Positions 1 to 8,983 of a stretch of 64,000 nt of DNA are shown in pieces. The notes below the pieces were generated by a model. The model had not been told where the DNA came from, did not search any database, and worked only from the letters and a program-made list of their open reading frames with translations. This DNA comes from Candidatus Altiarchaeota archaeon (lineage in GTDB: Archaea; Altiarchaeota; Altiarchaeia; IMC4; SCGC-AAA252-I15), in the NCBI GenBank assembly GCA_043813075.1, contig JBDRLL010000033.1, forward strand, positions 6,574 through 70,573, read 5' to 3'. Every line of letters starts with the position of its first letter. The stretch's first letter is position 1. A program made the translations under genes and the position numbers.

Positions 1-7
1 ACACGAC

Positions 8-685
8 ATGGTCGGCGACCTCGGGCTGGATGGCCTAAGGAGTATCATAGAAGGTAATGATGTCATGGTGTACGGTTGCGGTCCGAGCCTGGAGAAGGAC
101 GTGCGGGTCATGCACGAGACCGGGAGGCACAAGGATTTCGTGAACGTTGCCGTTGACGGCGCTGTGAAAGCCCTCTTGGAGTGCAACATCATACCGGACA
201 TCAATGTGACCGACTTGGACGGGGACATCGAGTACATACTGAAGGCCGGCAGGTACGGGTGCGTTACGGTAGTGCACGCTCACGGGGATAACGTGAAGGC
301 TTTGAGGAAGTACGTGCCCCATATGGAGGGCAGGGTCTACGCGACCACCCAGAATGAGCCTACTGACAGGGTCCATAATTTCGGTGGTTTCACTGACGGC
401 GACAGGGCGGTCCATCTTGTAGAGCACTTCAAGCCCAAGAACATCGTGCTGGCTGGCATGGACTTCGGGAATGTCGTCGGCATATACTCGGGAGTATACG
501 ACAGCGTGATGAAGCCGAGGAAACTGGAGATAGGCAAGGAGTTGCTGGAGAGGCTGGCCAGCGCATCCAACATCCCAATGTACAACGCCACTTCAAGCGG
601 CGAGGACATCAAGGGCATCAGGAAGGTAGATTTCAGCGAGCTGGACGCCATCATCCAGAAGGGTTTTAGGATGAAAGCACCCTAA
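8..685 (+). CDS. mptE: 6-hydroxymethyl-7,8-dihydropterin pyrophosphokinase, archaeal MptE-like (DUF115)
   Basis: The 225-aa ORF carries GCGPSL, AVDGA, VTDLDGD and VHAHGDN motifs typical of the DUF115/MptE family. The frame is open to the window edge, so the true start may lie upstream. Confidence 0.55.
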   Translation: MVGDLGLDGLRSIIEGNDVMVYGCGPSLEKDVRVMHETGRHKDFVNVAVDGAVKALLECNIIPDINVTDLDGDIEYILKAGRYGCVTVVHAHGDNVKALRKYVPHMEGRVYATTQNEPTDRVHNFGGFTDGDRAVHLVEHFKPKNIVLAGMDFGNVVGIYSGVYDSVMKPRKLEIGKELLERLASASNIPMYNATSSGEDIKGIRKVDFSELDAIIQKGFRMKAP

Positions 686-941
686 TTCTATTACAGTGTC
701 TCACATCGACCCGGAGGACTTGGCGCCTGGAGGAAGCGTCGAACTGGTTGTCAGACGGCGGAAAGAGAGGATACTATTCAATCCTGTTGAAGGCTCCAGG
801 AGGCTGGAGGGTATTGAGCCGGTCACAGACAGTGTTGGGAGAAACCTTGAGGGAGTCAGGATACTGTTAAACAAGGTTTAGGGGGTTTTAGCTTCATATT
901 TAATAGTTCACTTTAATAATTAACAAATTCGGAGTGTTCTC

Positions 942-1655
942 ATGTCTGACAGGTTAAGCACTGGCGTAAAGGAGTTGGACGAAATACTGAACGGCGGGAT
1001 ACCACGCGGGCACTGCGTTCTTCTGGCAGGAAGCTGCGGCACCGGGAAGACGATACTATGCCAGCAATTCCTGTTCGCCGGCGCGGACGCTGGGGAGGGC
1101 GGCACCTACCTCGCCCTGACAGAGCCGAGAGACAAGGTGGTTAGGAACATACAGAACTTCAAGTTCTTCAAGCAGGAGCATATAGACAACAATAAGGTCA
1201 AGGTGGTTGACCTCGTGCAGGACACGAGGCTCCGCGGCATAGGCTTGAACAATGTGGAGGGCCTTATAGCAATCATAGAGGAGATATTGAAGTCCAACAA
1301 CAGCAAGAGGCTTGTGATAGACTCGATAACAGCGCTATGCGAGAACCTGCTGGAGGGTGAGAAGATAAGGAACTTCATTTTCGAGCTGGCGTTCAGGCTC
1401 ATGTACCTTAACGTCACCACAATCCTGATTTCGGAGATACCCCCGCAGACATTCAAGTACAGCATATTCGGCATCGAAGAGTTCGTCGCGGACGGCGTCA
1501 TCAGACTGTCCGAGTTCGAGCGAAAGGGTGACTTGATAAGGTCGCTTCAGGTGATCAAGATGCGGGGGATGGCGCATTCGAGGAACAAGCACGTTATGAA
1601 GATACTTGACGAGGGGACGGTACTTGTCCCAATGTTCAAAGCAGATATGGAGTAG
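942..1655 (+). CDS. KaiC/RadA-like single-domain RecA-superfamily ATPase
   Basis: It has Walker A GSCGTGKT, a Walker B-like KRLVIDSI, and a KaiC-type N-terminus (STGVKELDEILNGGIPRG). AT-rich TATA-like boxes lie at 895-925 and GGAGTG precedes the ATG. Confidence 0.75.
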   Translation: MSDRLSTGVKELDEILNGGIPRGHCVLLAGSCGTGKTILCQQFLFAGADAGEGGTYLALTEPRDKVVRNIQNFKFFKQEHIDNNKVKVVDLVQDTRLRGIGLNNVEGLIAIIEEILKSNNSKRLVIDSITALCENLLEGEKIRNFIFELAFRLMYLNVTTILISEIPPQTFKYSIFGIEEFVADGVIRLSEFERKGDLIRSLQVIKMRGMAHSRNKHVMKILDEGTVLVPMFKADME

Positions 1656-1660
1656 TAAGA

Positions 1661-2842
1661 TTGGCCAAGGAAGAAGACGGTAAATGGTATCATGAATACC
1701 TCCCGGAGTCGGAGGAGGTTATAGGCGAGGAGAACATAGGTTTCATGGGCTTCTACAGTGCCCTGGTGACGAAGGAGCGCGTAGTCTTCGTGCGTAGGTT
1801 CCCTAAGAAGTCTTTCGTCGAGGTCAGGCTTGACGAGATAATATCGCTGGAACACCTGACGAGAACACTGTGGGGGGACATGATAAAAGGCACTGCGATG
1901 ATAGTCGGGTCTGGGCTAATCTACCAGTACCAGCAGACGGCTGACTTGGTCACACCCATAAAGAACCTGCTGATCAAATATCTGCCGGAACTCTCAGGCA
2001 TACCAGTCCCGAAGGCGATCCTTTTCTTCCTCATAGTCATGTCCCTGATGGGAGTGTTCCACATACTCCGTTTCGTACCAAGCAACATAGGAAAACTCAA
2101 GATTTCAAGGAAGAACCGCTCTCCCCTGCTCATACCCACACGGCTTAACAGCAACACAAAGAAGCTGGTTAGGAACATAGAGTCCATGATGACCGAGAAG
2201 GACAAGGATAGGGGCAAGCCCATAATAGTGACTACCGGCATGGGCGGGGCAAGAGAGGAGGATGATAAGATAAGCCCCACAGAGAAGATCAAGAAGAGCC
2301 TGGATGAGGGGGTGAAAGGCCTCAGGGACCATGCCATCATAATAGCCTCCGCCAAGTCAAAGGACCACGGGCACGTGGTCTCAGCCCTTTTGGAGAACCT
2401 GATTAAGGAGAAGGGCATGGGCGGCGTGTACATAAGCGTGAGCAGGCCCTACGACGACATAATCGAGTTGATTGAAGAGTCCGGGTCTGACAGCAGCAAC
2501 GTGTTTTTCGTGGACTGCATATCCCAGATGGCTGGTAAGCTGCCGGAAGGGGCGGAGAACGTGGTTTTCGTGGAGAATCCCGGGTCTCTTGAGGAAGTCA
2601 GCATGTTCCTTGACAGGATGCTGGGTAAAGTCCAGACCGAGAAGAAGTTCCTGTTCCTGGACTCGCTTTCAAGCCTGCTCATCTACAACAATGACAAGAG
2701 CGTGAAGGAGTTCACGCACTTCATGATAAACAAGATGCGTTTGGAGAAGATTTCTGGGATAATACTCAGCACCGAGAAGAAGGAGGCTGAGGAGATGGTT
2801 AAGACGCTTGTGCCGATGTGCGACACTGAGATAAGATTCTAG
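1661..2842 (+). CDS. Membrane protein with a PH-like N-terminus, two TM helices and a P-loop-less KaiC/RecA-like C-terminal domain
   Basis: A TTG start lies 6 nt after the KaiC-like stop. Hydrophobic helices are TAMIVGSGLIY and AILFFLIVMSLMGVFHIL. The C-terminal region has a KaiC-like layout (GGVYISVSRPYDD, VFFVDC, KFLFLDSLSSL, ISGIILST), but SAKSKDHG sits where a Walker A would be. Confidence 0.5.
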   Translation: MAKEEDGKWYHEYLPESEEVIGEENIGFMGFYSALVTKERVVFVRRFPKKSFVEVRLDEIISLEHLTRTLWGDMIKGTAMIVGSGLIYQYQQTADLVTPIKNLLIKYLPELSGIPVPKAILFFLIVMSLMGVFHILRFVPSNIGKLKISRKNRSPLLIPTRLNSNTKKLVRNIESMMTEKDKDRGKPIIVTTGMGGAREEDDKISPTEKIKKSLDEGVKGLRDHAIIIASAKSKDHGHVVSALLENLIKEKGMGGVYISVSRPYDDIIELIEESGSDSSNVFFVDCISQMAGKLPEGAENVVFVENPGSLEEVSMFLDRMLGKVQTEKKFLFLDSLSSLLIYNNDKSVKEFTHFMINKMRLEKISGIILSTEKKEAEEMVKTLVPMCDTEIRF

Positions 2843-2857
2843 GCGCTATGTGTGAAG

Positions 2858-3982
2858 ATGAATGTCCTGATATTCATGTGCGGTGAAGGCTTAGGCCACA
2901 CCAGCAGGTGCATATCCCTTGGGCGTGAATTGAAGTCTGCGGGCCATGAAGTCCATTTCGGAGCCTACGGATACTCCAGAGAGCTTATAGAGAAGACGGG
3001 ATACGATGCGCATGAGATACCGTCTGAGATAAGGCTTGTCGGGAAGTCGGGGTCCCTCGACATGAGGAAGTCTGTTGAGGCTACGATAAGGAACGCTAAG
3101 ATACTTGGCGGACCCATGGTACTGAAGCTTTTGGATGAGTTAAGGCCTGACGTCGTCGTCTCTGACAGCTATTACCTTGGGACGCTAGCTGCGAAGGCGA
3201 AGGGCATTCCAGTATACATCATAGTGAACCAGACCAACATGAGGGAGTTCTTCGTGAATAGGGGAGTCTCCCTCCGAGTGCTGGGGAGGCTGGCTGAGGG
3301 ATTCTATTTCAAAGTCTTCGAGAACGTGGACGGCATAATAATCCCTGACTTCCCGCCGCCGTATACCATCTGCAGCAGGAACCTTTGTTTCACCAGAGAT
3401 ATGGTGGACAACATACTCTACAGCGGGCCGCTGGTGAGGAGGAAGTACGGGGAGGTTAAGGCTAGAAGACTGAGGAAGCCCCACATACTCTCCATGATAG
3501 GTGGTTTTGGCTACAGGGAGGGCATATTCAATAACGTGCTGGAGGCCGCCAGGATGTCGGTGGAAGCTGGTTTCACGCTGGTCTCAGGGCCGGGGCTGGA
3601 GCCGTCAAAGCTCAAGCTCCCGGGGAACGTTAAGATAATGCCGTTCATAGAGGACCCGTTCCCATACATCAAGGGTTCTGACGTCATCATCGCGCCCGGA
3701 GGGCACAGCACCACAATGGAGGCCATGAGCTTCGGGAAGCCGTTGCTCTCCATTCCAGACATGTTCCACAGCGAGCAGGAGAGCAATGCAACAGTAATCG
3801 ATGAGAAGGGTTTGGGTAAGAGGCTCAGCTACTTCACGCCAGCTGAAGTGATTTTAGAATGCGTTAGGGAGGTTGTTGAAGACAAATCATTCAGCAAGAG
3901 GACACGGCGGATGAGGCGGCTAGCCGGAAAACTAGACGGCCCCTCACGGATAAGGAGGATGCTTGAGGAAGAGGTGGCATAA
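2858..3982 (+). CDS. Glycosyltransferase, MJ1255/MurG-like (GT28-type fold)
   Basis: The N-terminus is CGEGLGHTSRC and the C-terminal nucleotide-sugar region is APGGHSTTMEAMSFGKPLLSIP...HSEQESNA. An alternative GTG start lies at 2852. Confidence 0.65.
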   Translation: MNVLIFMCGEGLGHTSRCISLGRELKSAGHEVHFGAYGYSRELIEKTGYDAHEIPSEIRLVGKSGSLDMRKSVEATIRNAKILGGPMVLKLLDELRPDVVVSDSYYLGTLAAKAKGIPVYIIVNQTNMREFFVNRGVSLRVLGRLAEGFYFKVFENVDGIIIPDFPPPYTICSRNLCFTRDMVDNILYSGPLVRRKYGEVKARRLRKPHILSMIGGFGYREGIFNNVLEAARMSVEAGFTLVSGPGLEPSKLKLPGNVKIMPFIEDPFPYIKGSDVIIAPGGHSTTMEAMSFGKPLLSIPDMFHSEQESNATVIDEKGLGKRLSYFTPAEVILECVREVVEDKSFSKRTRRMRRLAGKLDGPSRIRRMLEEEVA

Positions 3983-4539
3983 TGTTCTCTAGGAAGGATG
4001 TTGCGTTCCTGACGGCCACCGCTTTGCTGGGGATAATCTCCTACATCACTGGCCTTGACTATTATCTCGCATCAACCATCAGCAATAGGGCGGCTCATGG
4101 AGTGTCGTTGTTCTTCTCGTTCCAGTATTACGTCGCGTTCATGGTATTGTCCACCCTCATAATGCTGGTGAAAAACAGGCGGGCGGCCGTGTCCATGGTG
4201 GTGTCAGTAACCCTAGTTTTCCTCATACAAGGCATGTTCACTGAATTCGCGCCGAGGGCCAGGCCATCAGAGGCGATGCTCATTGGAGCCGGGCTCATGC
4301 ATCTCATACAGAGTTCTGGGACATCATCCAGTTTTTTTTCAGGACACACCGCCAGTTCGATGGTGGTTTACGTCACGTACATGATGGCAGGCCACCATCC
4401 TGCAGCAATGCTTGTTCTCGCAGCCCCCATAATGGCTTCAAGAATCATGCTCGTTCAACACTACTTGAGTGACGTGCTTGGGGGGATAATATTCGGGTAT
4501 GTGACAGCAAAAGTGGCGTACACACTCGTTGTGAGATAG
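3982..4539 (+). CDS. PAP2-family membrane phosphatase
   Basis: The three PAP2 motifs are present in order: PRARPSE, SGHTA and SRIMLVQHYLSDVLGG. The protein is polytopic and hydrophobic. Its start overlaps the upstream stop (TAATG). Confidence 0.7.
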   Translation: MFSRKDVAFLTATALLGIISYITGLDYYLASTISNRAAHGVSLFFSFQYYVAFMVLSTLIMLVKNRRAAVSMVVSVTLVFLIQGMFTEFAPRARPSEAMLIGAGLMHLIQSSGTSSSFFSGHTASSMVVYVTYMMAGHHPAAMLVLAAPIMASRIMLVQHYLSDVLGGIIFGYVTAKVAYTLVVR

Positions 4540-4540
4540 C

Positions 4541-5812
4541 TTAACCCATCTCTTTCCTGCCGCCCATACGCTTTTGTAGCGCTTCAGGCACCCTGACCTT
4601 TCCGTCTGCAGTCTGGTAGTTCTCCAGTATCAGGCGTAAAGCCCTGGACGTCGCCACCATCGTGGCGTTGAGCGTGTGAACAGGATTCTTCTCCTGCCCG
4701 TGCCTGTATCTTATGCCGAGACGTGCGGCCTGGTAGCTCGTGCAGTTACTGCAACTCATCAGCTCTATGTACTTGCCTTCACGCGGACTCCAGCCCTCAA
4801 TGTCGTATTTCTTGGCAGCCACCGTGCCTATGTCGCCGGTGCAGACGTTGACGACACGGTAGGGTATGCCAACAGCCTTCAACAGCTCTTCAGCGTTCGA
4901 GACCAGCTCCTCATGGAGGCTCCAGCCGTCCTCAGGCTTCGAGAAGACGAACTGCTCTATCTTGTTGAACTGGTGAACCCGGAATAGGCCGCGCTCATCT
5001 ATGCTATGCTTCCCGATCTCCCTCCTGAAGCATGGTGATATGCCACAGTACTTCAATGGAAGGTCTGATTCTTCCAGAATCTCGTTCATGTACATTGCGG
5101 CCATCGGGTGTTCGCTCGTGGCTATCAGGTATTCGTCTTCTTCATTTATCTTGTACATGACGTTCTCGAAGTCTGCTAAATCGGTCACACCCTCGTAGGG
5201 TTTTCTCCGCATCATCAGCGGCGGCTCGACGAGCGTGTATCCCTTACCCACCAGCATTTCTATGCCCATCATCATCAGGGCGTAGTCCATGAGCGCGAGG
5301 TCTCCCTTCAGGAAGTAGAATCCAGCACCAGATATCTTGACCGCCCGATCGAAGTCCGCGAGGCCGAGTTCGACTGCTATGTCACCGTGGTGCTTTAGCT
5401 CGAAGCCGGGTTTGGAGGCGTCACCCCACGTGCGGACGACGACATTATCCTCCTCGCTCTCGCCGACAGGAACGGAATCATGCAGTATGTTAGGCAGACG
5501 CATCAGACTATCGTCTATCCTAGACCGTATTGCATCGCATTCTGACTCGTGCCGTTTAATCTCTTCGCCAACGTCCCTGGCTTCGGCCACGATGGACTTG
5601 AAATCCCCGCCAGCCTTCCTGACCTCATCCACGTTTGACGAAAGCTGGTTGCGTTTCTGCCGTAAACCATCCATATTCCGCTTCAGAGTCCGCCACTCAG
5701 AATCCAGGCTAATAACTTCAGCAAGCCTTTTCAGATGGGACTTATCTCCCCTGCGGGAGATATTATCCTCGACTGCCTTAGGATCATCCCTGATTAACTT
5801 GATGTCTAGCAT
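4541..5812 (-). CDS. serS: Seryl-tRNA synthetase
   Basis: The 423-aa protein has an N-terminal coiled-coil arm (MLDIKLIRD...) and class II motifs GISPCFRREIG, FRVHQFNKIEQF and LNATMVATSRALRLILENYQ. Confidence 0.95.
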   Translation of the reverse strand: MLDIKLIRDDPKAVEDNISRRGDKSHLKRLAEVISLDSEWRTLKRNMDGLRQKRNQLSSNVDEVRKAGGDFKSIVAEARDVGEEIKRHESECDAIRSRIDDSLMRLPNILHDSVPVGESEEDNVVVRTWGDASKPGFELKHHGDIAVELGLADFDRAVKISGAGFYFLKGDLALMDYALMMMGIEMLVGKGYTLVEPPLMMRRKPYEGVTDLADFENVMYKINEEDEYLIATSEHPMAAMYMNEILEESDLPLKYCGISPCFRREIGKHSIDERGLFRVHQFNKIEQFVFSKPEDGWSLHEELVSNAEELLKAVGIPYRVVNVCTGDIGTVAAKKYDIEGWSPREGKYIELMSCSNCTSYQAARLGIRYRHGQEKNPVHTLNATMVATSRALRLILENYQTADGKVRVPEALQKRMGGRKEMG

Positions 5813-5848
5813 ACGGATAGTAATAGGAATAACTGTTTAAAGAATTGG

Positions 5849-6610
5849 TTAGGACAGGTAGGCTTTGAACACGTCCTCGACGTCCACTATGCCCACCAGC
5901 TGGTTCTTATCGTCCACGACAGGCAGTTTCGTGACGCTCCTTGACACCATCAGTGACGCCGCGTCCCCCACATTCTTCCGGGAGTTCAGTGTTATCGGCG
6001 GCGATTTCATGACCTTCTTCACCAGCACCTTCCTGCCCTTACCAGACTCCTTCTGTATGCGGGCGGAACCCTTGCTTAGCAGATCAATCTTGGTTATCAT
6101 ACCCTTAACCATCTTCTTCTCGACGACAGGCAGGCCTCCGAGGCCGGACTCCATCATCTTGTCCCATATCTTGGATAGCTCGTCTTCAGGGCTGCATGTT
6201 ATGACAGACGTTGTCATGATGCTTTCGAGGGTTTTCTTAGAGGGCTTGCGGTTTTCAATAACGTGTTTCAGCACGTCCCTGGATGAGATTATGCCCTTGA
6301 ATTCCTGGCCATCCACCACTGGGAGGTACAGTATCTTGGAATTCATTATCTTCTCTGCCGCGGCCATCACGTCTTCATCAGAGGATATGGTTATCACGTT
6401 GCTGTTCATTATGCCGTCTATCGTGAGGTTCGTCTTGGTGGAAGTGACCTTGAGTACGTCACCCCGCGAGAGTATTCCGATTAACCTGCCGGCATCGCAT
6501 ACGGGAAGTATCCGGACCTTGCTGTCCCGTATGATAGAACGGGCTTTTGACGCAGAGTCGTCTGGCTTCACACAGTCTATGTTTGTTCTCAGTATCTCCT
6601 TTACGAGCAT
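5849..6610 (-). CDS. CBS-domain protein (four CBS repeats)
   Basis: CBS-pair signatures repeat (ILPVCDAGRLIGILSRGDVLK, YLPVVDGQEFKGIISSRDVLK, LPVVEKKMVKGMITKIDLL, LPVVDDKNQLVGIVDVEDV). I chose the start at the ATG at 6610 (MLVKEIL), 4 nt after the upstream stop, instead of the overlapping start at 6661. Confidence 0.8.
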   Translation of the reverse strand: MLVKEILRTNIDCVKPDDSASKARSIIRDSKVRILPVCDAGRLIGILSRGDVLKVTSTKTNLTIDGIMNSNVITISSDEDVMAAAEKIMNSKILYLPVVDGQEFKGIISSRDVLKHVIENRKPSKKTLESIMTTSVITCSPEDELSKIWDKMMESGLGGLPVVEKKMVKGMITKIDLLSKGSARIQKESGKGRKVLVKKVMKSPPITLNSRKNVGDAASLMVSRSVTKLPVVDDKNQLVGIVDVEDVFKAYLS

Positions 6611-6614
6611 GTGA

Positions 6615-7169
6615 TCACTCACTAACACCAGAGCATTCGTCGCATAATAGACGACCATCAACGTTGACTAGACTCTCCGAGTAGTTCTCGCACGTCTCGC
6701 ATATTCCAGTGACCTTGCCTTCTGAGGCGGCCGTGGCTTCGCTGATGCTCCACTTGGCGTGCTCTCTGATCAGGAGGTGTAGTGCTGGCTCCACGCGGAC
6801 TATGTCGAATTCTGATATTACGCCCACTATCTTGCCCTTGTCTTTAACGAGTATCCGCCTGATGTTCTTGTCCCGCATTATCCTGGCGGCGTCGTCGACG
6901 TCTGCCCCAGGATTTATGGTTATGATCGGGCTGGTCATCACGTCAGCTATCTTGGAGGTCTCAGGGCTCTTCCCTTCAGCAACTATCTTTGAGATTATAT
7001 CCCTCTCAGTGACTATGCCAACTCCATCACCCTTTTCCACCACGATAACAGAGGATATGTCGTTCTTCTTCATTACTTCGGCCGCGTTTTTCACTGTGTC
7101 GCCGACGTCAACGCATATAACACCCCTCGTCATGACGTCCCCAACGCTCAAATCCTTGATCTCATCCAT
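6615..7169 (-). CDS. CBS-domain pair protein with C-terminal zinc ribbon
   Basis: It has two CBS repeats (SVIVVEKGDGVGIVTERDII, RRILVKDKGKIVGVISEFDIV) followed by CETCEN...CDEC. Confidence 0.8.
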   Translation of the reverse strand: MDEIKDLSVGDVMTRGVICVDVGDTVKNAAEVMKKNDISSVIVVEKGDGVGIVTERDIISKIVAEGKSPETSKIADVMTSPIITINPGADVDDAARIMRDKNIRRILVKDKGKIVGVISEFDIVRVEPALHLLIREHAKWSISEATAASEGKVTGICETCENYSESLVNVDGRLLCDECSGVSE

Positions 7170-7234
7170 TCGCTTGCACCTCGTTTATTAAACTATTCGC
7201 TCAAGTTTAAATACAATTCTTTTAGAGCTTAAAA

Positions 7235-8947
7235 ATGGTGGAAGCATACTTTGAAATAAAGCGCAAGGACGGTGCAGGAAGGCTTGGTCTGCTCAGCGTT
7301 AACGGGAAGATTGTGGAGACTCCTGCCTTGATGCCGGTCTACAACATCTCGAAGCCGGTCGTGAGTGTTCAAGAGCTGGTGGGTGAATTCGGTGTCAGCG
7401 CGCTTATGACCAACGCCTACATGCTGCTAAAGAACCCTGAGCTTAAGGAAGAGGTGTTGGAGAGGGGGATACACGAGCTCATCGGCTTTGACGGCGTGAT
7501 TGCCACTGATTCGGGCAGCTACCAGCTCATGGTCTACGGGGCGGTTGAGACCACCAACAGGGACATAATCAAGTTCCAGGAGGATATTGGGTCTGACATA
7601 GGCAGCTTCCTGGACATCCCGACGCTGCCTGACGCCTACAAGCCAAGGGCGAAGCAACAGCTGGAGGAGACCATACGCAGGTCTAGGGAGGCTGTTGACG
7701 CAGGATTCCTAGTGAATGCGGGGATACAGGGTGGCGTGTACACTGACCTGCGTGAGCAGGCTGCGAGGGAGACCAGCCAGGTGTCAAAACTGGTTGCTGT
7801 CGGGGGTATAGTGCCCTTGATGGAGAAGTACCGTCTCGCAGAGCTGGTTGACGTGATAGCGACTGTAAAGAAGAACATACCCAACGACAAGGTAGTGCAC
7901 GCTTTCGGGCTCGGACACCCGATGGTGTTCGGCCTCGCGGCGCTGCTGGGGTGCGACCTGTTCGACAGCGCAGCATACGCACTATACGCGCAGGACGACA
8001 GGTACTTGACGGAGTATGGCACTGAAAAGCTTGCGGAACTGGAGTACATGCCATGCTGCTGTCCGGTGTGCAGTGAACACGGCCTAGGATTGAAGAATCT
8101 CTATGGGATGGACAGGGTTAAGGCATTGGCGAGGCATAATCTTTACGTATCGTTCACGGAGTTGAGGAGGGTGAAGCAGGCCATCACTGAAGGGAGCCTG
8201 TGGGAGCTTGTGCTGTTGAGGTGCAGGAGCCATCCCGCCTTGATGAAGGCGCTTGATGTTTTGATGACGCATTCGGAGTGGATTGCCGGTCTTGACCCCA
8301 TAACAAAGGGCACCGCATTCTATTACACTGGAGCTGAGTCAGCGGGTCGGAGCGAGGTGTTGAACGCGAGGGCGCGCATCGGGAGGGTTGAGTGCGACAA
8401 CACAATAAGGTTGATGCCCTTCGGAGATGTGCCTGCCGGGATAATGGACATATACCCTTTTGGCACCATACTGGATGATGCTGTGAACATGCCTGTTGTG
8501 AGGGACTTGGCTAAGGTGAGGGCGTTGATGGACTACCAGTTTGGGAAAGGTGCTGGAGAGCTCATACCGGATAGCGTTAGGATCAAGAGGAGCCGGAAGA
8601 CGAGGAGGATGCGGTGGATTTACGAGGGAAAGGACATGTTAGCGTCTGTGCGCGCTTCGGATCATTTCATCATACCGCACGAGAAGCTTGCTTTGCGGCT
8701 GAGGGAGAAGTTCAATGCTCCGAGACTGCGGGTCGTATTGACTGACGAGCCGGAGGCGGTCGAGTTCGTGAGGCAGGGCAAGAGCGTGATGTGCAAGTTC
8801 GTTGAGAGCGTCGACCCGGAGCTGCGTTGCGGCGACGAGTGCATTGTCGTGGACAAGGACGACGAGTTCGTGCGGACAGGGACGCTAGCATTATCACCCA
8901 GCGAGATAATGGATTTCACGCGTGGCGCTGCCGTTAAAACCAGGTAG
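7235..8947 (+). CDS. tgtA: Archaeosine tRNA-guanine transglycosylase with C-terminal PUA domain
   Basis: Motifs include LMTNAY, ATDSGSYQLMVYG and VHAFGLGHP, the Zn site CCCPVCSEH, and a C-terminal PUA-like segment (CGDECIVVDKDDEFVRTGTLALS). Confidence 0.9.
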   Translation: MVEAYFEIKRKDGAGRLGLLSVNGKIVETPALMPVYNISKPVVSVQELVGEFGVSALMTNAYMLLKNPELKEEVLERGIHELIGFDGVIATDSGSYQLMVYGAVETTNRDIIKFQEDIGSDIGSFLDIPTLPDAYKPRAKQQLEETIRRSREAVDAGFLVNAGIQGGVYTDLREQAARETSQVSKLVAVGGIVPLMEKYRLAELVDVIATVKKNIPNDKVVHAFGLGHPMVFGLAALLGCDLFDSAAYALYAQDDRYLTEYGTEKLAELEYMPCCCPVCSEHGLGLKNLYGMDRVKALARHNLYVSFTELRRVKQAITEGSLWELVLLRCRSHPALMKALDVLMTHSEWIAGLDPITKGTAFYYTGAESAGRSEVLNARARIGRVECDNTIRLMPFGDVPAGIMDIYPFGTILDDAVNMPVVRDLAKVRALMDYQFGKGAGELIPDSVRIKRSRKTRRMRWIYEGKDMLASVRASDHFIIPHEKLALRLREKFNAPRLRVVLTDEPEAVEFVRQGKSVMCKFVESVDPELRCGDECIVVDKDDEFVRTGTLALSPSEIMDFTRGAAVKTR

Positions 8948-8983
8948 GGGGACTATTATTATCGTTTATCCCATTATTACTCT

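Noticed and set aside
5865-6614. A 249-aa plus-strand ORF
   Set aside because: It is antisense to the four-CBS-domain gene, whose repeated CBS signatures identify the real frame. The plus-strand product is a Ser/Thr/Phe-rich low-complexity shadow.
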